Origin: an uncultured bacterium
GTDB taxonomy: Bacteria; Chloroflexota; Dormibacteria; Aeolococcales; Aeolococcaceae
Reading direction: 5' to 3'
NCBI GenBank assembly: GCA_963716555.1
Contig: CAVQTJ010000002.1
Location: forward strand, 241,311-305,310
Length of the DNA: 64,000 bases
Below are positions 38,602-49,957 of this stretch, one piece after another (positions within the stretch are counted from its first letter, which is position 1; every line of letters starts with the position of its first letter). The notes beneath the pieces were generated by a model. The model saw nothing but the letters and a program-made list of their open reading frames with translations. It was not told the DNA's origin and made no database searches. The position numbers and the translations under genes were made by a program.

Positions 38602-39267
38602 ATGTCGGTCACCACGATGCGGACCGCGCGGCTCGACGGGGCTCCCAACGCCCCGGGGCGGCTTCGCCGAGCGTCGAGAGCGGTGACCCGTATGGTCAGC
38701 ACGACCCTCACCGTGCTCATCAGCATGGTCGCGGCGGTGACGGTCGTGATCGCGGTGGCCGCCCACCTCTCGCCCCAGGGGCAATACGTGGTCTTTGGCC
38801 ATCCGGTCATGACCGTCCTCTCCGGGTCGATGGCTCCGACCATCAGCACGGGTGACCTCATCGTTGACGACACGGTGACCACATCCCAGGCGGAGCACCT
38901 CCGGGCCGGCGAGGTCATCAGCTTCCGTGCGGCGCCGGGGAGCGAGACGGTCATCACCCACCGCATCGTCGGTGTGACCACCATGGATGGGGCGGTGAGC
39001 TACCTCACCAAGGGGGACCGAAACAACGCAGCGGACACCGTCCCGCGGCCCGCATCCGACGTCCTCGGGGTGTTCCAGTTCGCCATCCCCCGCGGTGGCT
39101 ACATTCTCAGTGCCCTGCAACGGCCGCTGGTGCTTGTCCTGCTGCTCGCCTCCCCCATCCTCTGGCTCGTGGCCGGGCTCTTCTACGCCCGCGCTCGCGA
39201 GCTCGAGGAGCTGGAACGGCGGGAGCAGGCGTCAACCACCGCAATCACCGGGGGGCCTCAGCGATGA
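38602..39267 (+). CDS. sipW: SipW-type signal peptidase I (S26B-like)
   Basis: TM, LSGSMAPTISTGDLIV (catalytic Ser), ITHRIV (His), TKGDRNNAAD, and a C-terminal TM. Confidence 0.85.
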   Translation: MSVTTMRTARLDGAPNAPGRLRRASRAVTRMVSTTLTVLISMVAAVTVVIAVAAHLSPQGQYVVFGHPVMTVLSGSMAPTISTGDLIVDDTVTTSQAEHLRAGEVISFRAAPGSETVITHRIVGVTTMDGAVSYLTKGDRNNAADTVPRPASDVLGVFQFAIPRGGYILSALQRPLVLVLLLASPILWLVAGLFYARARELEELERREQASTTAITGGPQR

Positions 39268-39426
39268 GCGCCGCCGCTCTCCTGAACAGCGATGGGCGCA
39301 GCCCTCCCATCCCCACGACGGTCAACGGGAGGTCGCCGTGAATGACCTTTCGTGAGCCCGATCCGAGCGGCGATCCCGCTCACATTCCCGATAGCCACAA
39401 ACAGAGAGAGAGGAGACAAAGCCATC

Positions 39427-40123
39427 ATGAGAATAGGCAAGAGAAGGCTGGCGCTCGGAGCCGCCGGCATCGCGACCGTGGGGGCGGCGGCGACAATGCT
39501 CGCCGGAGTGACCTTCGGTCTGTTCAGCGCCACCACCCCGACGCAGTCCAACACCTTCACTGCGGGAACGGTGTCGCTCAGCCAGTCTGCCGTGACAAGC
39601 TGCACGATATCGAACATCCAGCCCGGCGACTCTGGATCGTGCCACTTCACGGTGACCTACACGGGGTCAGCCAGCTCGGGAGCGTGGCTCGGTGTGGATC
39701 TTGCGGTCACCTCCCCCGTGGCGGGCTCGCCGGTGCAGGCGTATGCCCCGGGCAACACGGGGACGACCCCAACCGCGGCCGCAGGAACTCTACGACTCCA
39801 CGGCCAATGGGCTGCAGGTGACGATCGCCGACAACCAGGCAATATCGGTGACCTACATGAGCGGCACCTCGTGGAACGGCTCGTCCACGTCCGGTACCAC
39901 TCCCTCCGTCAATGACTTGCTGGTCAACAAGGCGGCATTCACGGGTTCCACTGCGGTGCAGTTCACCATCTCGTGGTCCCTGCCGACCACGGCCAGCAAC
40001 GCCTACGACGGCGCCGCATCGACCCTCACGATGCTCGTTCACGCAGTCCAGGCGGGCAACAACGGCTCGACCGCCAGCTGCACTGCCGGGGACACCTGCT
40101 CCGGCATCACTGCGTGGAGTTGA
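39427..40123 (+). pseudogene. TasA/camelysin-like exported protein, paralog 2, frameshifted near 39780
   Basis: MRIGKRRLALGAAGIATVGAAATMLAGVTFGLFSATTPTQSNTFTAGTVSL, PGDSGSCHFTVTYTGS. The C-terminal half (NAYDGAASTLTMLVHAVQ...CTAGDTCSGITAWS) is in another frame. Confidence 0.7.
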
Positions 40124-40134
40124 TCTAGGCAGCC

Positions 40135-41088
40135 ATGGCCCGCACGGAACTCCGTCAGGAGAACCTATGGGGTAGGGAGACGGGGCATCGCCCCGTTTCC
40201 CGCCCCGCGGGTCCTGGCACGCCCTGGAAGGTCAGCGACGGTCCGACCCCATGGGAGCAGGTCGGCTGTGCCACCTGGGCGGAATTCAGCACACATCGGC
40301 TGACGCCTGTTGCCGAGCCGACCCCCGATTCGGGCCAGGTGACGAGCGTAACCCGAGGGCGCGTGATCGCCGCGGTTCCCCCGCAGACCAATCGGCTCCC
40401 CTCACCTCATAGGCGGAGGCCGACGGTTCGGCGGTTGGTGGCTGCAGGAGGACTGCTGGCCTGCCTCGTCGCCTCGTCCATGATCGGCCTCGGGGTGAGC
40501 CTCGCTCGGCTGAGCACCGCCACCCCCACCCAGTCCGGAAGCGTCAGGGACGGAACCGTCACGCTGGGCAGCACCGCCATAGCGAACTGTCCAGTGGCCG
40601 GTCTGCTGCCCAACGGCACCAGCCCCACTCCCTGCACCTTCACGGCGACGTACTCGGGCTCCGTTCCCGCCTACGTCGCCGTGGACGTGATCATCGAGGC
40701 CCAGGCCGGGGCGGGTGGGACCAAGCTGTACAACCCAACCGACTCGAGCAACGACCTGCAGGTCTCGATCGGCTCCACGACCCCATCCGTCACCTACACG
40801 GTGCCCACCTCTGCCACGACGTGTCCCACCGGTGCGCCGGCGGGCTCGAGCTGCTACGAACTGGATAACGAGCTGGTCAGCACCGCCACCTTCAGTGCCA
40901 GCGGCTCCATCGGTTTCAGCGTGAGCGTGAAGCTACCCACGACCTCGCCGACGGGGTATGAGGGCGGAACGGCCCAGATCAGCCTCATCACCCACGCCGT
41001 CCAGGCTGCCCACAACACTTTGTCGTGCACCTCCACCCCCACTGCAGGGCAGGCGTGTACGCCGAGCGGTTCGTTCAGGTGGAGCTGA
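40135..41088 (+). CDS. TasA/camelysin-like exported protein, paralog 3 (start uncertain)
   Basis: TM plus LARLSTATPTQSGSVRDGTVTL, CTFTATYSGSVPAYVA, GYEGGTAQISLITHAVQ, C-terminus CTPSGSFRWS. Alternative GTG start at 40339. Confidence 0.65.
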   Translation: MARTELRQENLWGRETGHRPVSRPAGPGTPWKVSDGPTPWEQVGCATWAEFSTHRLTPVAEPTPDSGQVTSVTRGRVIAAVPPQTNRLPSPHRRRPTVRRLVAAGGLLACLVASSMIGLGVSLARLSTATPTQSGSVRDGTVTLGSTAIANCPVAGLLPNGTSPTPCTFTATYSGSVPAYVAVDVIIEAQAGAGGTKLYNPTDSSNDLQVSIGSTTPSVTYTVPTSATTCPTGAPAGSSCYELDNELVSTATFSASGSIGFSVSVKLPTTSPTGYEGGTAQISLITHAVQAAHNTLSCTSTPTAGQACTPSGSFRWS

Positions 41089-41089
41089 G

Positions 41090-43789
41090 ATGAGAGCGCC
41101 CGGCTGCCGCCTCTCGGCACGTTGCATCCCAGGCCGCTACAAGGCCGCCGCGCTGCTCGCCTGCGCGGCCATCGGCGGCTCGCTGCCCCTGGTGGCACTT
41201 GCTTTCTTCTCGAACGCGCCGGCCACCCAGGCTGCGGATGTGACAACCGCCACCATCGCCGCGCCGACCAACTTCACCGCCACAACGGTCTCGACCACGT
41301 CGGCGAATCTGAGCTGGACGGCGCCGGCGACCCTCACCGGGTACACGCTCACCCAGTCAACGGGCAGCCTCGCCGGCTGCTCGGCAACCCCAACCTCAGG
41401 AACGATGTCGTGCACCGCCACGGGTCTCACTGAGGGAACAAATTATACGTGGACTCTGACGGCCGTCTACAACCACTGGTTGAGCGCCTCCGTCAACGCG
41501 AGCACGACGACGCTAGCGTCGGTGACGTTCACTACCGCCGGCAGCCACTCCTTGGACGTCCCGGCAGGCACGACCTCCGTGCAGTACAACCTGGTCGGAG
41601 CAGGCGGCGGCGGCGGCAACACGGCTGGCGGTAGCGGCGGAGATGGGGCGCTGCAGTCCGGAACCATCTCGATTTCGAGCAACCCAAGCGGCATAACCTT
41701 GACAGTGTGGGTTGGTGCCGGTGGGAGCAGCAGCAGCAGCGGCACCGGTGGGGAGGGATGCGCTACTAGTGGTTACGGCCAGGGCGGTGCGGGCGGCGAT
41801 ACCGGCGGCCGGGGCGGCGGCGGGGGTGGAGCAAGCTGCATCTACGTTGCGAGTACTCCTGCCTCTCCGATAGTCATTGCAGGCGGTGGCGGGGGCGGCG
41901 GCTCAAACGGCGGAGGTTCGAGTGCTGGTTCTGGAGGCGCTGGCAACGGCGGCTGCGGCGATTCCGGCTCCTGCGCATCAAACCCTGGCACGGATACCGG
42001 AAGCAACGGCACCAACGGTCAGGATGGGACAGCCGGCGATGGCGGCTCGACCCAGACGACCGGTGTCTTCCCATACGGAGTTACCAACACCGGCGGCACC
42101 GGAGGCACTCACACTGACGGGGCTGCCAACGGTGCTAACGGTGGAACTGGCTCGGGCTCCAGCAACGGGGGCGGCGCGGGAGGAACTGGCGGCGGGAGCG
42201 CCGGCGGTGGTGGCGGTGGCGGTGGCGGTGGCTACGCGTCCGGTGGTGGCGGCGGGGGTGCGAAGCAGAACGATAGTGCAAGCGGTGGTGGTGGCGGGTC
42301 TGGCTACAGCGGTGGCGCGCAGGTCAGCTCGGTCAACTACACGGTCAGCGTCAGCTCCATAACCCAGACGGGCGACCCCGGAGTCTCCGCCGGCGTCGGT
42401 GGAGCGTCCGACACGAGCGGTGAGGCCGGCTATGCCACCTTCATTGGTGCGGGGATCATGGACCCCGTGTTGGCGATCACCTCTGATCCGGTCAGCGGAG
42501 CGGTGTCGTCGACACCCGACCTCGGGCCGATCACGGTCCAGCTGGAGGACGGCACAGGAGCCCCGCTCGACGCCCCGCCCGGTGGGGTCACCGTCTCGCT
42601 CAGTACAACGTCACCAGACGGGTCCTTCAGCACAACACCGTCCAGTCCCAGTGTGACGAGCATCGAAATCGCTGAGGGCTCCAGCAGCGCCAGCTTCTAC
42701 TACGGTGACACCGAGGCCGGGACTCCAACCATCACCCTTGCTTCCGGCGACTACTCGAGCGCGACGCAAACCGAAGCCATCACCGACCCAACGTTGGTGA
42801 TCACCTCGAGTCCGGTCAGCGGCGCAAGCTCCTCAACCCCGGATCTCGGGCCGATAACGGTTCAGCTGCAGGACGGCCTCGACGATCCGATTGATGCACC
42901 GGCCGGTGGGGTCACGGTAACGCTGAGCTCCACCTCTTCGGGTGGATCCTTCAGCACCACACCCTCCGGCTCGGCCAGCACCAGCGTGGTCATCCCGGAG
43001 GGGTCCAGCAGCGCCAGCTTCTACTACGGTGACACCAACGCCGGAACGCCCACCATCAGCGTCACCGCCGGCAGCTTCACCACCGCCACTCAGACGGAGA
43101 CGATCACCGATCCAGCTTTGGCGATGACCTCGAGCCCGGTCAGCGGCGCAAGCTCCTCAACTCGCGGACCTCGGCCCGCTAACGGTCCAATTGCAGGACG
43201 GACTGGGCGATCCCATCGACGCGCCGGCCGGCGGGGTCACGGTCACACTCAGCTCCACGTCGTCTGGTGGATCCTTCAGCGATACGCCGTCCGGTGCCAG
43301 TGTCACCAGCGTCGTGATCCCTGAGGGTGCCAGCAGCGTGACCTTCTACTATGGCGACACCAACAGTGGCACGCCGACGATCACGCTGACGGCTCAGGGA
43401 TACGCGGGTGCTTCGCAGGTGGAGAGCTTCACGTGACCCTGCACTACGGCTCCTGTAGGACTGAGCCTTGCCGACGTTAGCGGCGGCTCGCTGACCTGCT
43501 CCGACCCGAGTGGCGGTACCACCAAGCCAACGGGAAGTGGCGCGAAGAGTGGGTCACTCACAGCCGAGATTGACTTTGTCAACAGCAGTGGCGGCCCGGT
43601 TGTCTCCAACACGACGCACGGTTCGACGATCTTCGTGGACGTCGCCCACGGCATGCCAACAGCCGAAACGGTGACGGTAGCAGCGGAAGCGACCACCTCG
43701 TCGACGTCCTTCACGGAGCCCGCTCTGGAGCGAGCTGGACCACCACAACCGTGACCTTTGGTCCATACACCATCAACATCTCAGCCTGA
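41090..43789 (+). pseudogene. Large surface protein: FN3 domain, glycine-rich domain, 3 tandem Ig-like repeats and a terminal domain; interrupted
   Basis: N-terminus TM plus FFSNAPATQA. FN3-like (PTNFTATTVSTTSANLSWTAP...GTNYTWTLTAVY). Gly-rich core. There is a 1-nt insertion near 43163, an in-frame TGA at 43434-43436 and a frame change near 43710 before the final TGA at 43787-43789. Confidence 0.6.
42461..43433 (+). repeat. Three tandem 324-nt (108-aa) coding repeats
   Basis: Units start at 42461, 42785 and 43109 (DP.L.ITS.PVSGA.SSTPDLGPITVQL.DG...GGVTV.LS.TS..GSFS.TPS....S..I.EG.SS..FYYGDT..GTPTI). Confidence 0.85.
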
Positions 43790-44198
43790 CCTCGCAATAG
43801 CGTCTCAGCCAGCCCGGAGGGTCCCACCTCCAGCCGAGCGGCCCTGGGGTGCGGCCAGCTCCCCGCTCCCGAGCGGCCAGGCTCCCAACCCCCCACCGAC
43901 GACACCCCATTTTGGGTACCCCCCGCCCTCCCTCTTGGGTCTGGCCCCCCGCCACCCAACCCCTAACCTAATACCCGCGGCGCAAAGGTCGCCAGCCCCC
44001 ACGGGGGGCATGGAGTGGTGCCTGGAGGATGCCGTGGTCGCTGAGGCGGGGGCCGGGCCTCGGGGGGAGCCCGGCGGGACCACGGTACCCAGGATGTCCC
44101 GGGAGCTGGGGGGCACCGGGGTCTCGAAGCCTCGATGGCGCACGGCGAAAGATCGCCACGACGGGGAAGGTGGTGCACCAAATGACTGAGAGGTCGCG

Positions 44199-45935
44199 AT
44201 GGCGCTGATCACGCGACGACGCGAAACGCCGGAGGAGCCCGCCGAACGGTGGGCCTCCTCCGGCGGCCAGCCGCTGGGCGAGCTGCTCGTGGGCCGCGGC
44301 ACCACCGACGCCAAGACGGTCCAAAAGGCGCTCCACCGCCAGCGTCGCGAGAAGCGCCCGATCGGGGAGCTGCTCGTCGACGGAGGGCTCAAGGAGTACG
44401 ACATCGTCTCCGCCCTCGCGGACCAGTTCGGCTTCAACCCCATCGACCTCGACAGCATCACCCCCGAGGAGGAGGCGCTCCTGCGGCTCGACGCCACCCA
44501 GGCGCGCCGCCTCGCCACCCTCCCGTTCCTCATCGACGAGGTGGGCCGGGTCCACTGCGCGGTCACCAACCCCGGCGACCAGCAGAAGGAGGAGGCGATC
44601 CGGGACACCATCGGCCAACCGGTGGTCCTGAGGCTCGCCGGACGCCGGGCCCTGGAGCGAGCGCTCGACCGCAACTACCAGCTCTTCCACCGGGTCGAGA
44701 ACGCGGTCTCGCAGGCGGCCGGCGAGCGGGCCGAGGTCGCCCAGCGTCAGCCGGCCACCATCGAGGTCGATGCCCCGGTGGTGCAGATCGTCGACCTGCT
44801 GCTCACCCAGGGGCTCCGCGACCGGGCTTCGGACATCCACCTCGAGCCCCAGGCCGACCGGCTGCGGGTCCGCTACCGGGTCGACGGCGCCCTCCACGAC
44901 GTCCAGTCCCTGCCCATGAACCTGGCGCCGTCGCATCTCCTCACGGCTCAAGATCATGGCCGGCATGGACATCGTCGACCGCCACCGCGCCCAGGACGGC
45001 CAGATCGCGATGCAGCTCGACGGCCGGCCCATCGACATCCGGGTGGCGACCATGGAGACCACCTGGGGCGAGAAGGTGGTGCTCCGGCTGCTCGACCCGG
45101 AGCGCGTCCTGGTGTCGATGAAGTCACTGGGGCTGGAGCCCGAGGTCGAGACCACCCTGCGCAGCATGATCGAGGCGCCCTACGGGCTGATCGTGGTCAC
45201 CGGCCCCACCGGGTCGGGCAAGACCACCACCCTCTACTCCATCCTCAACGAGCTGGACTCCAAGCGGCTCAACATCACCACCATCGAGGATCCCGTCGAG
45301 TACCAGTTCGCGGACATCAGCCAGGTGAGGATCAATAAGCTCGCCGACATGACCTTCGCCAACGGCCTCCGGGCCATCCTGCGTCAGGACCCCGATGTGA
45401 TCCTGGTCGGGGAGGTGCGGGACGCGGAGACGGCGAGCATCGCCATCCAGGCGGCGCTCACCGGGCACCTCGTGCTCTGCTCCCTGCACGCCTCCGACAC
45501 CGCGGGGGCCGTGCACCGCTTCCTGGACATGGGCATCGAGGCCTTCCTGGTCGCCTCGGCGCTGGCCGGGGTCCTGGCCCAGCGCCTGATCCGGACAAAC
45601 TGCGAGCGCTGTGCCGCGCCATACCAACCGCGAGCCGACGAGGTCGAGTTCTACCGGGAGACCCGGGAGAGGGATCCCGACTTCCTCACCCGGCTCAGGC
45701 CGGGGTTGCGCGCGCTGCGCCCACACCGGCTTCTACGGCCGCACCGGCGTCTTTGAGCTGCTCCGGGTCGACGACGACTTCCGCCAGCTGATCGTCGATC
45801 GCGGCGACCAGCGTCGCCCTGCGCACCGCCGCCGCCTCCAGGGGCACGGAGAGCCTGCAGGAGGCAGCCTGCAAGCTCGTCGAGCGAGGCAGCACCTCCC
45901 TCTCCGAGGCGATGCGCGCCGTCTACGTGATCTAG
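44199..45935 (+). pseudogene. pilB: Type IV pilus assembly ATPase PilB (GspE family), at least 3 frameshifts
   Basis: N-terminal GSPII_E-like region, Walker A VVTGPTGSGKTTTLYS, Asp box IEDPVEY, Walker B/His box ILVGEVRD...GHLVLCSLH, tetracysteine CERC...CARC. Frame changes near 44927, 45685 and 45810. Confidence 0.85.
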
Positions 45936-45946
45936 GGGGAGGGCAG

Positions 45947-47159
45947 GTGCAGGTCTTCCGGTACACCGCGGTCGCCGTCGATGGCACGACGGTCGAGGGC
46001 GTCATGCAAGCGGCCCACACGGACGACGTCCGCGCCGCTCTCCGCGCCCGGGACCTCCGGGTATCGGGCATCGAGAAGTCGGGGACAAGTGGTACTCCAA
46101 GCTGCTTCCGGAGCGGAAGGTCAAGTCCCAGGAGGTGGTGATGTACTGCCGCCAGCTGGCCACCTTTGTCCAGGTGGGGATCCCCATCACCGACGCCTTC
46201 CAGACCCTGGCCGATCAGACCAGCAACAAGCAGATCCGTGAAGCCAACCTGGCCATGCTGACCGACATCCAGATGGGGGTGCCGCTCAGCGACACGATCC
46301 GCTCCCACCCCCTGGTCTTCCCTCGGGTGGTTGCGGACATGATGCAGGCCGCCGAGGCCTCGGGCAACCTCGAGGTGGTCCTCCGCCAGGCGGCCAAGAC
46401 CATCGAGCGGGAAGCGCAGTTCCGCCAGAAGGTTAGGGGCGCGATGATCTACCCGTCGATCGTCTCCGTGCTGGCCCTCGTCATTGCCATCGGCCTGCTC
46501 GTCTTCGTCTTGCCATTGTTCCGCAACCTTTACGGACGAGCTCGACGTTAAGATGCCCGGTCTGATGGTAGCTCTGCTCGGCCTCTCCGACGTTCCTACG
46601 CAGCAACGCCATCATCCTGCTCCTCATCCTCCTAGTCGGATTCATCGCGGCGGCGTACTGGCTACGGACCCTGTCCGGCAAGTACTTCCTCCATCGCCTC
46701 TTTCTGAGGCTCCCGGTATCCGCCCCGATGATCCGAGCCGCTGTGTCCGAACGGTTCTGCCGGACCCTGGGGGATCTCCTCAACGCCGGGGTACCCATGG
46801 GTCAGACCTTCGCCGTCGTGGTCGAGACCACTTCCAATCTGGTCTTCCGCCGTGCCCTGGAGAGGGTACTCACCCTGATGGGGACGGGCAACGGCCTCGC
46901 CGGTCCGCTCCGCGACACGGGTCTCTTCCCTCCCATGGTGGTGATGATGGTCCGCGTCGGCGAGGAGACGGGTCGCCTCGACGTCAACCTCCGCGAGATG
47001 TCGGAGATGGCGGGTGACGAGCTCGACTACCGCATCAAGAAGATGACCGCGGTCATCGAGCCGGCGCTGATCGTGGGTGTTGGAATGATCGTGGGCTTCA
47101 TCGCCATCACCCTCTTCCTCTCCATCTACTCACTGGCTGGGAACTTCTCGGGGGGATGA
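45947..47159 (+). pseudogene. pilC: Type IV pilus platform protein PilC (GspF family), at least 3 frameshifts
   Basis: GTG preceded by GGGGGAGGG. VQVFRYTAVAVDGTTVEG..., two GspF repeats (YCRQLATFVQVGIPI.. and FCRTLGDLLNAGVPM..). Frame changes near 46075, 46525 and 46590. Confidence 0.85.
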
Positions 47160-47765
47160 GCTTGCCGACCCGGCTGTTCAGAACTCAACGCTGGCGAGAG
47201 CCGCCTGCTCAATCCCGGCAAGTCAGAGCACAGCGGCTGCCCAGGCGCCCTCCCCACCAGTCCGAACGCGGCCTGACCCTCATCGAGACGATCGCAGCCA
47301 TCACGCTTCTCGGGGCTGGAATCGTCGGCCTGACCGCCGGTATCGCGGCTTCCGAAAAGGATGCTGGGATCAGCCAGCAGCAATCCCAGCTCGAGGTCGC
47401 CATCCGGCAGCTGACCGACTACGTCCGTGAACTCGACCCCCGGGACCGGCCTGACCTACCAGCCCTGTGCCAAGGCCGCCACCTACACCGCCGAGCTCCC
47501 AGCGGCCCCTACGGGGGTTAGCTGGACCGTGACCGGAGTCTACGAATCCACCTCCGCGTCCCACGACGGCGTCACCACACCGGCACTGTGGACCACTGGC
47601 TGTTCCTCCGGAACCGGGGACTGGGGAGTCCAGGAGATCCAAGTCACCGTCGTCGACGGTAGTCGCTCACTGTCTCGCACCGTTTGGAAGACCTACGCGT
47701 GGTGCTATGACGGGACCCCGCTCGCGGCTCCCGCACCCACCGGCTCACCGAGCGGAGCGTGTTGA
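47156..47765 (+). pseudogene. Pseudopilin (prepilin-type N-terminus), frameshifted near 47425
   Basis: ATG overlaps the pilC stop. Cleavage/methylation motif ERG|LTLIETIAAITLLGAG. Confidence 0.65.
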
Positions 47766-48469
47766 CGATGCACGCTAGAGCGCATTCTCGCCATCAACGG
47801 GGGTTCACGCTGATCGAGATGGTGGTCTCACTGGCGATAATGACCATCATCGCGGGCGCAGTCGGCGTGGCCTTCACGGTGGGGTTCAAGGCCCTCCAGC
47901 CGGGGGGCGTTCAGGCCCGCCTCGCCGGAGCCGATGACCTTGAGGTCTTGGAGCAACTGCTGGGACAGGATGGCGCGCGGGCCTCCTGCATCACCGTCAA
48001 CGGCATAGTTTACGGCAAGACCAGCACTACTTGTACGACCACCACTGGCTACGGGCAGGTCTCCGCATGCTCAACCGCCATCGTCTGCTTCGGCTGGGCC
48101 GTACTCGGAACTGCGAAACTAAACTACGCGGACTCCACGTGCCAGGTGGCTGTCTACGCGGCGAATGTCAAAAGCACCCCTAATGACCTCGAGCGGACCG
48201 TTTGGTCCGTGGCGTACAGCAAATCGTGGTCGGCTTCTGAAATCGGACAGACGATCATCGACCACGAGTACTCCGTGACGGTGGCGCCGGGAACTATAGG
48301 GACCGTCACGACTCCTAGTGGATACAAGTGGGTCAGAAGTCTGCTCATCACTATCACCGGGGGAACCACCAGCCATGCCCCAGCGGCGCAGCTCGCCATT
48401 CACCCGCTAGCCAGCGACCCGGATGATCCAAGCCCGTCCGCGGTGACACCCGAGGGCACCCCTTGCTGA
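47759..48469 (+). CDS. Pseudopilin (prepilin-type N-terminus)
   Basis: HQRG|FTLIEMVVSLAIMTIIAGAV. Confidence 0.7.
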   Translation: MLTMHARAHSRHQRGFTLIEMVVSLAIMTIIAGAVGVAFTVGFKALQPGGVQARLAGADDLEVLEQLLGQDGARASCITVNGIVYGKTSTTCTTTTGYGQVSACSTAIVCFGWAVLGTAKLNYADSTCQVAVYAANVKSTPNDLERTVWSVAYSKSWSASEIGQTIIDHEYSVTVAPGTIGTVTTPSGYKWVRSLLITITGGTTSHAPAAQLAIHPLASDPDDPSPSAVTPEGTPC

Positions 48470-49957
48470 TCCCAACTCACGGTCGATACCGCCGATCCGA
48501 ACGCGGTCAGACGCTGATCCTAGCCCTCGCCTTCCTCGCCTTCTTCGGCGTTGTGAGCGTGGCGATCCTGCGATTCGCCGACCTGACGGCGGTGCAGCAT
48601 GTCCATACCGAGATGACGGCGAGCTCCGACTCCTCCGCAAATGGAGGGGCGGCGTTCGGATCGGCGGACGCCTCCCGCTCGGACCTCCCCGGAGGGTGGA
48701 AATGCAGCGATACGGGAACCCTCACCATGACGAATGGCGCGAAGGTCGGATACACGGTGAACAGCTGCAATCCCGGCGAGACGGCCGCACTCGCAGCTGG
48801 CGCAACGTGCCTTCTCTGCGTGCTGAATGAGACGCCGGCGCCGGGACACGCGCTCTCTCCGAAAACGGTAGTCCTCACACTGGGCTCCGACCTCACCACC
48901 TATGGTGGCAACGACGACGTTAACGGGAGCATCAGCAGCGGCACCTCGCTGACGGCTCTCAGTTGTTCCAAGTACCCGGCTCCCCCTTGCACCGGGCAAG
49001 CGTCAGGAGAGATCCGGCTCCTGTCAGGGGCCACGTACCCCGCCAAGACTTCTGACCCCGGCGCCAATCACCTACACCAACGCCATCTTAGATCCTCTGA
49101 ATGCACTTGCGGCGCCGACTGGGGTTGGCGAGCCCACTGGTTGCGCAAGCTGGAGCAGCACCAGCGGATGCTCGACGTCCCTTTCGAAACCGGGGAGCTA
49201 CACTCTCTCACCGGGCGTTTGGAATTCGATAACCGTCACCGGCCAGGCTGACGTGACACTCAGCGCCGGGGTCTACGTCCTCACGGGCGGCCTAGATGTG
49301 GAAGGGCAAGGAGATTTCACCGGCACCGGCGTGACGATCTACCTCACCTGCCCCGGCAGCAAATCGACGGGTGCATATCAAGCCTGCCCCGCCTCGGAGT
49401 CGAGTTTCACTGGCGGTGGATGGATCTACCTCGCTGGCAAGGGTTCCGATTCCCTGACCGCTCCGTCCTGCCTCTCAGGCACCTTCCCCCAATGCCCGGG
49501 CGCCAGCTACGGCTATGACGGTGTAGCCGTGCTCGCGGATCCGCACCTCCTTGATGGCAGTTCGGGTACCTCCGGGGCTGCCGGGGCCGACGTCGCCACT
49601 TGCGAGTCCTCCGGCTCCGATTGCGCGCTCGACCTTCAAGGGAAGGGAGGCTCGGTCACGATCAACGGTAGCGTCGACATGCGCTCCTCGGGTCTTGGCT
49701 GTCCCGATCAGAACTGCAACGACACCATCAGCGACGGCTTCGTGATCGCCAATTCGGTCTACTGGGCACCGACGGGCTCTACCAGCCTAGCTCTCAGTGG
49801 GCCCGGTACCGCAGCGTCTAACGGAACGTGCAGCGTGTTGGTCATGGGCGTCTACTCCGGGTCCACCCCTCCATCGAGCCCGGCCAGCGCAGTCATACAG
49901 TCCCAATGCGGATCCAACTCGGAAAGTGGGGTGGTCAACTTCAACTACGGTCCCTGA
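48463..49957 (+). pseudogene. TadG-like pilus-associated protein, frameshifted near 49050
   Basis: TadE/G-like N-terminus SERGQTLILALAFLAFFGVVSVAIL (no Glu5). Cys-rich body. The C-terminal part (DVTLSAGVYVLTGGLDV.GQGDFTGTGVTIYLT) continues in another frame. Confidence 0.55.

Noticed and set aside
41580-42330. Gly-codon (GGC/GGT) low-complexity DNA as a possible non-coding repeat
   Set aside because: It is in frame within a long ORF flanked by ordered protein domains. It is interpreted as a glycine-rich protein segment.
43790-44198. c-di-GMP or other riboswitch upstream of pilB
   Set aside because: I could not match conserved riboswitch core sequences by eye. It is kept only as a low-interest candidate leader that needs a covariance-model scan.
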